Shown: positions 41,770-56,096 of the stretch, piece by piece | Numbering within the stretch: position 1 is the first letter of the stretch | Layout: every line of letters starts with the position of its first letter | Assembly: GCA_964057225.1 (NCBI GenBank) | Contig: OZ059896.1 | Location: 21,514,001 to 21,578,000 of the forward strand | DNA from: Auanema rhodensis | Taxonomy: Eukaryota > Animalia > Nematoda | Length of the DNA: 64,000 bases | Direction of reading: 5' to 3' | Notes under the pieces: generated by a model | Databases searched by the model: none | The model's input: the letters and a program-made list of their open reading frames with translations, nothing else | Told to the model about the DNA's origin: nothing | Position numbers and translations under genes: made by a program

Positions 41770-44700
41770 ACAGATCGACGCAGCTTAAAAATCCGCATCG
41801 AATGCACTATACCACATTGAGAAACGCTTAATACAAAAATTAGTTATGATCGTTTGAAAATTGATGCATTAGTGTATGTTGAGTTTCCATGTACACTCAA
41901 CATTGCTTCCAAAAACATTTTGACAAAAATTTTTTCGAAAAATTTCAAAACAATTTAGCAAAAAGTAGATGTTTATAGATTCCTTTTTTGAAGGCAAAGA
42001 CGATGGACAATGTTATTCAACGAAAAATTTAATTCTTCAGGGTGAAAATCGAGGATATAAGTGTGCACTTATATCAGTTGATATCTTGGTGCATTTTTAA
42101 GCTAGCGCAAATCTGATAACACAGATCGACGCAGCTTAAAAATCCGCATCGAATGCACTATACTACATTGAGAAACGCTTAATACAAAAGTTAGTTATGA
42201 TCGTTTGAAAAATGATGCCTTAGTGTATGTTGGGTTTCCATGTACACTCAACATTGCTTCCAAAAACATTTTGACAAAAATTTTTTCGATAAATTTCAAA
42301 ATAATTTAGCAAAGAGTAGATGTTTTTAGATTCCTTTTTTTAAGGCAAAGACGATGGACAATGTTATTCAACGAAAAAATTAATTCTTCAGGGTGAAAAT
42401 CGAGGATATAAGTGTGAACTTATATCAGTTGATATCTCGGTGCATTTTTAAGCTAGCGCAAATCTGATAACACAGATCGACGCAGCTTAAAAATCCGCAT
42501 CGAATGCACTATACTACATTGAGAAACGCTTAATACAAAAATTAGTTATGATCGTTTGAAAAATGATGCATTAGTGTATGTTGAGTTTCCATGTACACTC
42601 AACATTGCTTCCAAAAACATTTTGACAAAAATTTTTTCGAAAAATTTCAAAATAATTTAGCAAAAAGTAGATGTTTTTAGATTCCTTTTTTCAAGGCAAA
42701 GACGATGGACAATGTTATTCAACGAAAAAATTAATTCTTCAGGGTGAAAATCGAGGATATAAGTGTGAACTTATATCAGTTGATATCTCGGTGCATTTTT
42801 AAGCTAGCGCAAATCTGATAACACAGATCGACGCAGCTTAAAAATCCGCATCGAATGCACTATACCACATTGAGAAACGCTTGATACAAAAATTAGTTAT
42901 GATCGTTTGAAAATTGATGCATTAGTGTATGTTGAGTTTCCATGTACACTCTACATTGCTTCCAAAAACATTTTGACAAAAATTTTTTCGAAAAATTTCA
43001 AAATAATTTAGCAAAAAGTAGATGTTTTTAGATTCCTTTTTTCAAGGCAAAGACGATGGACAATGTTATTCAACGAAAAAATTAATTCTTCAGGGTGAAA
43101 ATCGAGGATATAAGTGTGAACTTATATCAGTTGATATCTCGATGCATTTTTAAGCTAGCGCAAATCTGATAACACAGATCGACGCAGCTTAAAAATCCGC
43201 ATCGAATGCACTATACCACATTGAGAAACGCTTAATACAAAAATTAGTTATGATCGTTTGAAAATTGATGCATTAGTGTATGTTGAGTTTCCATGTACAC
43301 TCAACATTGCTTCCAAAAACATTTTGACAACAATTTTTTCGAAAAATTTCAAAATAATTTAGCAAAAAGTAGAAGTTTTTAGATTCCTTTTTTCAAGGCA
43401 AAGACGATGGACAATGTTATTCAACGAAAAAATTAATTCTTCAGGGTGAAAATCGAGGATATAAGTGTGAACTTATATCAGTTGATATCTCGGTGCATTT
43501 TTAAGCTAGCGCAAATCTGATAACACAGATCGACGCAGCTTAAAAATCCGCATCGAATGCACTATACCACATTGAGAAACGCTTAATACAAAAATTAGTT
43601 ATGATCGTTTGAAAATTGATGCATTAGTGTATGTTGAGTTTCCATGTACACTCTACATTGCTTCCAAAAACATTTTGACAACAATTTTTTCGAAAAATTT
43701 CAAAATAATTTAGCAAAAAGTAGAAGTTTTTAGATTCCTTTTTTCAAGGCAAAGACGATGGACAATGTTATTCAACGAAAAAATTAATTCTTCAGGGTGA
43801 AAATCGAGGATATAAGTGTGAACTTATATCAGTTGATATCTCGATGCATTTTTAAGCTAGCGCAAATATGGTAACACAGATCGACGCAGCTTAAAAATCC
43901 GCATCGAATGCACTATACCACATTGAGAAACGCTTAATACAAAAATTAGTTATGATCGTTTGAAAATTGATGCATTAGTGTATGTTGAGTTTCCATGTAC
44001 ACTCAACATTGCTTCCAAAAACATTTTGACAAAAATTTTTTCGAAAAATTTCAAAACAATTTAGCAAAAAGTAGATGTTTATAGATTCCTTTTTTGAAGG
44101 CAAAGACGATGGACAATGTTATTCAACGAAAAAATTAATTCTTCAGGGTGAAAATCGAGGATATAAGTGTGAACTTATATCAGTTGATATCTCGATGCAT
44201 TTTTAAGCTAGCGCAAATCTGATAACACAGATCGACGCAGCTTAAAAATCCGCATCGAATGCACTATACCACATTGAGAAACGCTTAATACAAAAATTAG
44301 TTATGATCGTTTGAAAATTGATGCATTAGTGTATGTTGAGTTTCCATGTGCACTCAACATTGCTTCCAAAAACATTTTGACAACAATTTTTTCGAAAAAT
44401 TTCAAAATAATTTAGCAAAAAGTAGATGTTTTTAGATTCCTTTTTTCAAGGCAAAGACGATGGACAATGTTATTCAACGAAAAAATTAATTCTTCAGGGT
44501 GAAAATCGAGGATATAAGTGTGAACTTATATCAGTTGATATCTCGATGCATTTTTAAGCTAGCGCAAATCTGATAACACAGATCGACGCAGCTTAAAAAT
44601 CCGCATCGAATGCACTATACCACATTGAGAAACGCTTAATACAAAAATTAGTTATGATCGTTTGAAAATTGATGCATTAGTGTATGTTGAGTTTCCATGT

Positions 44701-47700
44701 ACACTCAACATTGCTTCCAAAAACATTTTGACAAAAATTTTTTCAAAAAATTTCAAAATAATTTAGCAAAAAGTAGATGTTTTTAGATTCCTTTTTTCAA
44801 GGCAAAGACGATGGACAATGTTATTCAACGAAAAAATTAATTCTTCAGGGTGAAAATCGAGGATATAAGTGTGAACTTATATCAGTTGATATCTCGGTGC
44901 ATTTTTAAGCTAGCGCAAATCTCATAACACAGATCGACGCAGCTTGAAAATCCGCAACGAATGCACTATACTACATTGAGAAACGCTTAATACAAAAGTT
45001 AGTTATGATCGTTTGAAAAATGATGCCTTAGTGTATGTTGAGTTTTCATGTACACTCAACATTGCTTCCAAAAACATTTTGACAAAAATTTTTTCGAAAA
45101 ATTTCAAAATAATTTAGCAAAAAGTAGATGTTTTTAGATTCCTTTTTTCAAGGCAAAGACGATGGACAATGTTATTCAACGAAAAAATTAATTCTTCAGG
45201 GTGAAAATCGAGGATATAAGTGTGAACTTATATCAGTTGATATCTCGGTGCATTTTTAAGCTAGCGCAAATCTGATAACACAGATCGACGCAGCTTAAAA
45301 ATCCGCATCGAATGCACTATACCACATTGAGAAACGCTTAATACAAAAATTAGTTATGATCGTTTGAAAATTGATGCATTAGTGTATGTTGAGTTTCCAT
45401 GTACACTCTACATTGCTTCCAAAAACATTTTGACAAAAATTTTTTCGAAAAATTTCAAAATAATTTCGCAAAAAGTAGATGTTTTTAGATTCCTTTTTTC
45501 AAGGCAAAGACGATGGACAATGTTATTCAACGAAAAAATTAATTCTTCAGGGTGAAAATCGAGGATATAAGTGTGAACTTATATTAGTTGATATCTCGAT
45601 GCATTTTTAAGCTAGCGCAAATCTGATAACACAGATCGACGCAGCTTAAAAATCCGCATCGAATGCACTATACCACATTGAGAAACGCTTAATACAAAAA
45701 TTAGTTATGATCGTTTGAAAATTGATGCATTAGTGTATGTTGAGTTTCCATGTACACTCTACATTGCTTCCAAAAACATTTTGACAAAAACTTTTTCGAA
45801 AAATTTCAAAATAATTTAGCAAAAAGTAGATGTTTTTAGATTCCTTTTTTTAAGGCAAAGACGATGGACAATGTTATTCAACGAAAAAATTAATTCTTCA
45901 GGGTGAAAATCGAGGATATAAGTGTGAACTTATATCAGTTGATATCTCGGTGCATTTTTAAGCTAGCGCAAATCTCATAACACAGATCGACGCAGCTTGA
46001 AAATCCGCATCGAATGCACTATACTACATTGAGAAACGCTTAATACAAAAATTAGTTATGATCGTTTGAAAATTGATGCATTAGTGTATGTTGAGTTTCC
46101 ATGTACACTCAACATTGCTTCCAAAAACATTTTGACAAAAATTTTTTCGAAAAATTTCAAAATAATTTAGCAAAAAGTAGATGTTTTAAGATTCCTTTTT
46201 TCAAGGCAAAGACGATGGACAATGTTATTCAACGAAAAAATTAATTCTTCAGGGTGAAAATCGAGGATATAAGTGTGAACTTATATCAGTTGATATCTCG
46301 GTGCATTTTTAAGCTAGCGCAAATCTGATAACACAGATCGACGCAGCTTAAAAATCCGCAACGAATGCACTATACTACATTGAGAAACGCTTAATACAAA
46401 AATTAGTTATGATCGTTTGAAAAATGATGCATTAGTGTATGTTGAGTTTCCATGTACACTCAACATTGCTTCCAAAAACATTTTGACAAAAACTTTTTCG
46501 AAAAATTTCAAAATAATTTAGCAAAAAGTAGATGTTTTTAGATTCCTTTTTTTAAGGCAAAGACGATGGACAATGTTATTCAACGAAAAAATTAATTCTT
46601 CAGGGTGAAAATCGAGGATATAAGTGTGAACTTATATCAGTTGATATCTCGGTGCATTTTTAAGCTAGCGCAAATCTCATAACACAGATCGACGCAGCTT
46701 GAAAATCCGCATCGAATGCACTATACTACATTGAGAAACGCTTAATACAAAAATTAGTTATGATCGTTTGAAAATTGATGCATTAGTGTATGTTGAGTTT
46801 CCATGTACACTCTACATTGCTTCCAAAAACATTTTGACAAAAATTTTTTCGAAAAATTTCAAAATAATTTAGCAAAAAGTAGATGTTTTTAGATTCCTTT
46901 TTTCAAGGCAAAGACGATGGACAATGTTATTCAACGAAAAAATTAATTCTTCAGGGTGAAAATCGAGGATATAAGTGTGAACTTATATCAGTTGATATCT
47001 CGGTGCATTTTTAAGCTAGCGCAAATCTGATAACACAGATCGACGCAGCTTAAAAATCCGCATCGAATGCACTATACCACATTGAGAAACGCTTAATACA
47101 AAAATTAGTTATGATCGTTTCAAAATTGATGCATTAGTGTATGTTGAGTTTCCATGTACACTCTACATTGCTTCCAAAAACATTTTGACAAAAATTTTTT
47201 CGAAAAATTTCAAAATAATTTAGCAAAAAGTAGATGTTTTTAGATTCCTTTTTTCAAGGCAAAGACGATGGACAATGTTATTCAACGAAAAAATTAATTC
47301 TTCAGGGTGAAAATCGAGGATATAAGTGTGAACTTATATTAGTTGATATCTCGATGCATTTTTAAGCTAGCGCAAATCTGATAACACAGATCGACGCAGC
47401 TTAAAAATCCGCATCGAATGCACTATACCACATTGAGAAACGCTTAATACAAAAATTAGTTATGATCGTTTGAAAATTGATGCATTAGTGTATGTTGAGT
47501 TTCCATGTACACTCTACATTGCTTCCAAAAACATTTTGACAAAAACTTTTTCGAAAAATTTCAAAATAATTTAGCAAAAAGTAGATGTTTTTAGATTCCT
47601 TTTTTTAAGGCAAAGACGATGGACAATGTTATTCAACGAAAAAATTAATTCTTCAGGGTGAAAATCGAGGATATAAGTGTGAACTTATATCAGTTGATAT

Positions 47701-50700
47701 CTCGGTGCATTTTTAAGCTAGCGCAAATCTCATAACACAGATCGACGCAGCTTGAAAATCCGCATCGAATGCACTATACTACATTGAGAAACGCTTAATA
47801 CAAAAATTAGTTATGATCGTTTGAAAATTGATGCATTAGTGTATGTTGAGTTTCCATGTACACTCAACATTGCTTCCAAAAACATTTTGACAAAAATTTT
47901 TTCGAAAAATTTCAAAATAATTTAGCAAAAAGTAGATGTTTTAAGATTCCTTTTTTCAAGGCAAAGACGATGGACAATGTTATTCAACGAAAAAATTAAT
48001 TCTTCAGGGTGAAAATCGAGGATATAAGTGTGAACTTATATCAGTTGATATCTCGGTGCATTTTTAAGCTAGCGCAAATCTGATAACACAGATCGACGCA
48101 GCTTAAAAATCCGCATCGAATGCACTATACTACATTGAGAAACGCTTAATACAAAAATTAGTTATGATCGTTTGAAAAATGATGCATTAGTGTATGTTGA
48201 GTTTCCATGTACACTCAACATTGCTTCCAAAAACATTTTGACAAAAACTTTTTCGAAAAATTTCAAAATAATTTAGCAAAAAGTAGATGTTTTTAGATTC
48301 CTTTTTTTAAGGCAAAGACGATGGACAATGTTATTCAACGAAAAAATTAATTCTTCAGGGTGAAAATCGAGGATATAAGTGTGAACTTATATCAGTTGAT
48401 ATCTCGGTGCATTTTTAAGCTAGCGCAAATCTCATAACACAGATCGACGCAGCTTGAAAATCCGCATCGAATGCACTATACTACATTGAGAAACGCTTAA
48501 TACAAAAATTAGTTATGATCGTTTGAAAATTGATGCATTAGTGTATGTTGAGTTTCCATGTACACTCTACATTGCTTCCAAAAACATTTTGACAAAAATT
48601 TTTTCGAAAAATTTCAAAATAATTTAGCAAAAAGTAGATGTTTTTAGATTCCTTTTTTCAAGGCAAAGACGATGGACAATGTTATTCAACGAAAAAATTA
48701 ATTCTTCAGGGTGAAAATCGAGGATATAAGTGTGAACTTATATCAGTTGATATCTCGATGCATTTTTAAGCTAGCGCAAATCTGATAACACAGATCGACG
48801 CAGCTTAAAAATCCGCATCGAATGCACTATACCACATTGAGAAACGCTTAATACAAAAATTAGTTATGATCGTTTGAAAATTGATGCATTAGTGTATGTT
48901 GAGTTTCCATGTACACTCAACATTGCTTCCAAAAACATTTTGACAAAAATTTTTTCGAAAAATTTCAAAACAATTTAGCAAAAAGTAGATGTTTATAGAT
49001 TCCTTTTTTGAAGGCAAAGACGATGGACAATGTTATTCAACGAAAAAATTAATTCTTCAGGGTGAAAATCGAGGATATAAGTGTGCACTTATATCAGTTG
49101 ATATCTTGGTGCATTTTTAAGCTAGCGCAAATCTGATAACACAGATCGACGCAGCTTAAAAATCCGCATCGAATGCACTATACTACATTGAGAAACGCTT
49201 AATACAAAAGTTAGTTATGATCGTTTGAAAAATGATGCCTTAGTGTATGTTGAGTTTCCATGTACACTCAATATTGCTTCCAAAAACATTTTGACAAAAA
49301 TTTTTTCGATAAATTTCAAAATAGTTTAGCAAAGAGTAGATGTTTTTAGATTCCTTTTTTTAAGGCAAAGACGATGGACAATGTTATTCAACGAAAAAAT
49401 TAATTCTTCAGGGTGAAAATCGAGGATATAAGTGTGAACTTATATCAGTTGATATCTCGGTGCATTTTTAAGCTAGCGCAAATCTGATAACACAGATCGA
49501 CGCAGCTTAAAAATCCGCATCGAATGCACTATACTACATTGAGAAACGCTTAATACAAAAATTAGTTATGATCGTTTGAAAAATGATGCATTAGTGTATG
49601 TTGAGTTTCCATGTACACTCAACATTGCTTCCAAAAACATTTTGACAAAAATTTTTTCGAAAAATTTCAAAATAATTTAGCAAAAAGTAGATGTTTTTAG
49701 ATTCCTTTTTTCAAGGCAAAGACGATGGACAATGTTATTCAACGAAAAAATTAATTCTTCAGGGTGAAAATCGAGGATATAAGTGTGAACTTATATCAGT
49801 TGATATCTCGGTGCATTTTTAAGCTAGCGCAAATCTGATAACACAGATCGACGCAGCTTAAAAATCCGCATCGAATGCACTATACCACATTGAGAAACGC
49901 TTGATACAAAAATTAGTTATGATCGTTTGAAAATTGATGCATTAGTGTATGTTGAGTTTCCATGTACACTCTACATTGCTTCCAAAAACATTTTGACAAA
50001 AATTTTTTCGAAAAATTTCAAAATAATTTAGCAAAAAGTAGATGTTTTTAGATTCCTTTTTTCAAGGCAAAGACGATGGACAATGTTATTCAACGAAAAA
50101 ATTAATTCTTCAGGGTGAAAATCGAGGATATAAGTGTGAACTTATATCAGTTGATATCTCGGTGCATTTTTAAGCTAGCGCAAATCTGATAACACAGATC
50201 GACGCAGCTTAAAAATCCGCATCGAATGCACTATACTACATTGAGAAACGCTTAATACAAAAATTAGTTATGATCGTTTGAAAAATGATGCATTAGTGTA
50301 TGTTGAGTTTCCATGTACACTCAACATTGCTTCCAAAAACATTTTGACAAAAACTTTTTCGAAAAATTTCAAAATAATTTAGCAAAAAGTAGATGTTTTT
50401 AGATTCCTTTTTTTAAGGCAAAGACGATGGACAATGTTATTCAACGAAAAAATTAATTCTTCAGGGTGAAAATCGAGGATATAAGTGTGAACTTATATCA
50501 GTTGATATCTCGGTGCATTTTTAAGCTAGCGCAAATCTCATAACACAGATCGACGCAGCTTGAAAATCCGCATCGAATGCACTATACTACATTGAGAAAC
50601 GCTTAATACAAAAATTAGTTATGATCGTTTGAAAATTGATGCATTAGTGTATGTTGAGTTTCCATGTACACTCTACATTGCTTCCAAAAACATTTTGACA

Positions 50701-53700
50701 AAAATTTTTTCGAAAAATTTCGAAATAATTTAGCAAAAAGTAGATGTTTTTAGATTCCTTTTTTCAAGGCAAAGACGATGGACAATGTTATTCAACGAAA
50801 AAATTAATTCTTCAGGGTGAAAATCGAGGATATAAGTGTGAACTTATATCAGTTGATATCTCGATGCATTTTTAAGCTAGCGCAAATCTGATAACACAGA
50901 TCGACGCAGCTTAAAAATCCGCATCGAATGCACTATACCACATTGAGAAACGCTTAATACAAAAATTAGTTATGATCGTTTGAAAATTGATGCATTAGTG
51001 TATGTTGAGTTTCCATGTACACTCAACATTGCTTCCAAAAACATTTTGACAAAAATTTTTTCGAAAAATTTCAAAACAATTTAGCAAAAAGTAGATGTTT
51101 ATAGATTCCTTTTTTGAAGGCAAAGACGATGGACAATGTTATTCAACGAAAAAATTAATTCTTCAGGGTGAAAATCGAGGATATAAGTGTGCACTTATAT
51201 CAGTTGATATCTTGGTGCATTTTTAAGCTAGCGCAAATCTGATAACACAGATCGACGCAGCTTAAAAATCCGCATCGAATGCACTATACTACATTGAGAA
51301 ACGCTTAATACAAAAATTAGTTATGATCGTTTGAAAAATGATGCATTAGTGTATGTTGAGTTTCCATGTACACTCAACATTGCTTCCAAAAACATTTTGA
51401 CAAAAATTTTTTCGAAAAATTTCAAAATAATTTAGCAAAAAGTAGATGTTTTTAGATTCCTTTTTTCAAGGCAAAGACGATGGACAATGTTATTCAACGA
51501 AAAAATTAATTCTTCAGGGTGAAAATCGAGGATATAAGTGTGAACTTATATCAGTTGATATCTCGGTGCATTTTTAAGCTAGCGCAAATCTGATAACACA
51601 GATCGACGCAGCTTAAAAATCCGCATCGAATGCACTATACCACATTGAGAAACGCTTGATACAAAAATTAGTTATGATCGTTTGAAAATTGATGCATTAG
51701 TGTATGTTGAGTTTCCATGTACACTCTACATTGCTTCCAAAAACATTTTGACAAAAATTTTTTCGAAAAATTTCAAAATAATTTAGCAAAAAGTAGATGT
51801 TTTTAGATTCCTTTTTTCAAGGCAAAGACGATGGACAATGTTATTCAACGAAAAAATTAATTCTTCAGGGTGAAAATCGAGGATATAAGTGTGAACTTAT
51901 ATCAGTTGATATCTCGGTGCATTTTTAAGCTAGCGCAAATCTGATAACACAGATCGACGCAGCTTAAAAATCCGCATCGAATGCACTATACTACATTGAG
52001 AAACGCTTAATACAAAAATTAGTTATGATCGTTTGAAAAATGATGCATTAGTGTATGTTGAGTTTCCATGTACACTCAACATTGCTTCCAAAAACATTTT
52101 GACAAAAACTTTTTCGAAAAATTTCAAAATAATTTAGCAAAAAGTAGATGTTTTTAGATTCCTTTTTTTAAGGCAAAGACGATGGACAATGTTATTCAAC
52201 GAAAAAATTAATTCTTCAGGGTGAAAATCGAGGATATAAGTGTGAACTTATATCAGTTGATATCTCGGTGCATTTTTAAGCTAGCGCAAATCTCATAACA
52301 CAGATCGACGCAGCTTGAAAATCCGCATCGAATGCACTATACTACATTGAGAAACGCTTAATACAAAAATTAGTTATGATCGTTTGAAAATTGATGCATT
52401 AGTGTATGTTGAGTTTCCATGTACACTCTACATTGCTTCCAAAAACATTTTGACAAAAATTTTTTCGAAAAATTTCGAAATAATTTAGCAAAAAGTAGAT
52501 GTTTTTAGATTCCTTTTTTCAAGGCAAAGACGATGGACAATGTTATTCAACGAAAAAATTAATTCTTCAGGGTGAAAATCGAGGATATAAGTGTGAACTT
52601 ATATCAGTTGATATCTCGATGCATTTTTAAGCTAGCGCAAATCTGATAACACAGATCGACGCAGCTTAAAAATCCGCATCGAATGCACTATACCACATTG
52701 AGAAACGCTTAATACAAAAATTAGTTATGATCGTTTGAAAATTGATGCATTAGTGTATGTTGAGTTTCCATGTACACTCAACATTGCTTCCAAAAACATT
52801 TTGACAAAAATTTTTTCGAAAAATTTCAAAACAATTTTGCAAAAAGTAGATGTTTATAGATTCCTTTTTTGAAGGCAAAGACGATGGACAATGTTATTCA
52901 ACGAAAAAATTAATTCTTCAGGGTGAAAATCGAGGATATAAGTGTGCACTTATATCAGTTGATATCTTGGTGCATTTTTAAGCTAGCGCAAATCTGATAA
53001 CACAGATCGACGCAGCTTAAAAATCCGCATCGAATGCACTATACTACATTGAGAAACGCTTAATACAAAAATTAGTTATGATCGTTTGAAAAATGATGCA
53101 TTAGTGTATGTTGAGTTTCCATGTACACTCAACATTGCTTCCAAAAACATTTTGACAAAAATTTTTTCGAAAAATTTCAAAATAATTTAGCAAAAAGTAG
53201 ATGTTTTTAGATTCCTTTTTTCAAGGCAAAGACGATGGACAATGTTATTCAACGAAAAAATTAATTCTCCAGGGTGAAAATCGAGGATATAAGTGTGAAC
53301 TTATATCAGTTGATATCTCGGTGCATTTTTAAGCTAGCGCAAATCTGATAACACAGATCGACGCAGCTTAAAAATCCGCATCGAATGCACTATACCACAT
53401 TGAGAAACGCTTAATACAAAAATTAGTTATGATCGTTTGAAAAATGATGCATTAGTGTATGTTGAGTTTCCATGTACACTCTACATTGCTTCCAAAAACA
53501 TTTTGACAAAAATTTTTTCGAAAAATTTCAAAATAATTTAGCAAAAAGTAGATGTTTTTAGATTCCTTTTTTCAAGGCAAAGACGATGGACAATGTTATT
53601 CAACGAAAAAATTAATTCTTCAGGGTGAAAATCGAGGATATAAGTGTGAACTTATATCAGTTGATATCTCGATGCATTTTTAAGCTAGCGCAAATCTGAT

Positions 53701-55809
53701 AACACAGATCGACGCAGCTTAAAAATCCGCATCGAATGCACTATACCACATTGAGAAACGCTTAATACAAAAATTAGTTATGATCGTTTGAAAATTGATG
53801 CATTAGTGTATGTTGAGTTTCCATGTACACTCAACATTGCTTCCAAAAACATTTTGACAACAATTTTTTCGAAAAATTTCAAAATAATTTAGCAAAAAGT
53901 AGAAGTTTTTAGATTCCTTTTTTCAAAGCAAAGACGATGGACAATGTTATTCAACGAAAAAATTAATTCTTCAGGGTGAAAATCGAGGATATAAGTGTGA
54001 ACTTATATCAGTTGATATCTCGGTGCATTTTTAAGCTAGCGCAAATCTGATAACACAGATCGACGCAGCTTAAAAATCCGCATCGAATGCACTATACCAC
54101 ATTGAGAAACGCTTAATACAAAAATTAGTTATGATCGTTTGAAAATTGATGCATTAGTGTATGTTGAGTTTCCATGTACACTCAACATTGCTTCCAAAAA
54201 CATTTTGACAAAAATTTTTTCGAAAAATTTCAAAACAATTTAGCAAAAAGTAGATGTTTATAGATTCCTTTTTTGAAGGCAAAGACGATGGACAATGTTA
54301 TTCAACGAAAAAATTAATTCTTCAGGGTGAAAATCGAGGATATAAGTGTGCACTTATATCAGTTGATATCTTGGTGCATTTTTAAGCTAGCGCAAATCTG
54401 ATAACACAGATCGACGCAGCTTAAAAATCCGCATCGAATGCACTATACTACATTGAGAAACGCTTAATACAAAAGTTAGTTATGATCGTTTGAAAAATGA
54501 TGCCTTAGTGTATGTTGAGTTTCCATGTACACTCAACATTGCTTCCAAAAACATTTTGACAAAAATTTTTTCGATAAATTTCAAAATAATTTAGCAAAGA
54601 GTAGATGTTTTTAGATTCCTTTTTTTAAGGCAAAGACGATGGACAATGTTATTCAACGAAAAAATTAATTCTTCAGGGTGAAAATCGAGGATATAAGTGT
54701 GAACTTATATCAGTTGATATCTCGGTGCATTTTTAAGCTAGCGCAAATCTGATAACACAGATCGACGCAGCTTGAAAATCCGCATCGAATGCACTATACT
54801 ACATTGAGAAACGCTTAATACAAAAATTAGTTATGATCGTTTGAAAATTGATGCATTAGTGTATGTTGAGTTTCCATGTACACTCAACATTGCTTCCAAA
54901 AACATTTTGACAAAAATTTTTTCGAAAAATTTCAAAACAATTTAGCAAAAAGTAGATGTTTATAGATTCCTTTTTTGAAGGCAAAGACGATGGACAATGT
55001 TATTCAACGAAAAAATTAATTCTTCAGGGTGAAAATCGAGGATATAAGTGTGCACTTATATCAGTTGATATCTTGGTGCATTTTTAAGCTAGCGCAAATC
55101 TGATAACACAGATCGACGCAGCTTAAAAATCCGCATCGAATGCACTATACTACATTGAGAAACGCTTAATACAAAAGTTAGTTATGATCGTTTGAAAAAT
55201 GATGCCTTAGTGTATGTTGAGTTTCCATGTACACTCAACATTGCTTCCAAAAACATTTTGACAAAAATTTTTTCGATAAATTTCAAAATAATTTAGCAAA
55301 GAGTAGATGTTTTTAGATTCCTTTTTTTAAGGCAAAGACGATGGACAATGTTATTCAACGAAAAAATTAATTCTTCAGGGTGAAAATCGAGGATATAAGT
55401 GTGAACTTATATCAGTTGATATCTCGGTGCATTTTTAAGCTAGCGCAAATCTGATAACACAGATCGACGCAGCTTGAAAATCCGCATCGAATGCACTATA
55501 CTACATTGAGAAACGCTTAATACAAAAATTAGTTATGATCGTTTGAAAAATGATGCATTAGTGTATGTTGAGTTTCCATGTACACTCTACATTGCTTCCA
55601 AAAACATTTTGACAAAAATTTTTTCGAAAAATTTCAAAATAATTTAGCAAAAAGTAGATGTTTTTAGATTCCTTTTTTCAAGGCAAAGACGATGGACAAT
55701 GTTATTCAACGAAAAAATTAATTCTTCAGGGTGAAAATCGAGGATATAAGTGTGAACTTATATCAGTTGATATCTCGATGCATTTTTAAGCTAGCGCAAA
55801 TCTGATAAC

Positions 55810-56096
55810 ACAGATCGACGCAGCTTAAAAATCCGCATCGAATGCACTATACCACATTGAGAAACGCTTAATACAAAAATTAGTTATGATCGTTTGAAAA
55901 TTGATGCATTAGTGTATGTTTCAAAACAATTTAGCAAAAAGTAGATGTTTATAGATTCCTTTTTTGAAGGCAAAGACGATGGACAATGTTATTCAACGAA
56001 AAAATTAATTCTTCAGGGTGAAAATCGAGGATATAAGTGTGCACTTATATCAGTTGATATCTTGGTGCATTTTTAAGCTAGCGCAAATCTGATAAC
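55810..56096. repeat. Truncated 287-bp monomer (64-bp deletion, pos 112-175), m160
   Basis: The junction reads GTGTATGTT|TCAAAACAAT at 55920/55921, and the next monomer starts at 56097. Confidence 0.97.

Noticed and set aside
45364-45555. 63-aa ORF from the ORF track (MKIDALVYVEF...)
   Set aside because: It has a TTG start and exists only because of a single TAG>TCG change at 45467 in one of ~183 monomers. It has no recognisable domain, and its K/F/I/N-rich composition mirrors the A/T tracts.
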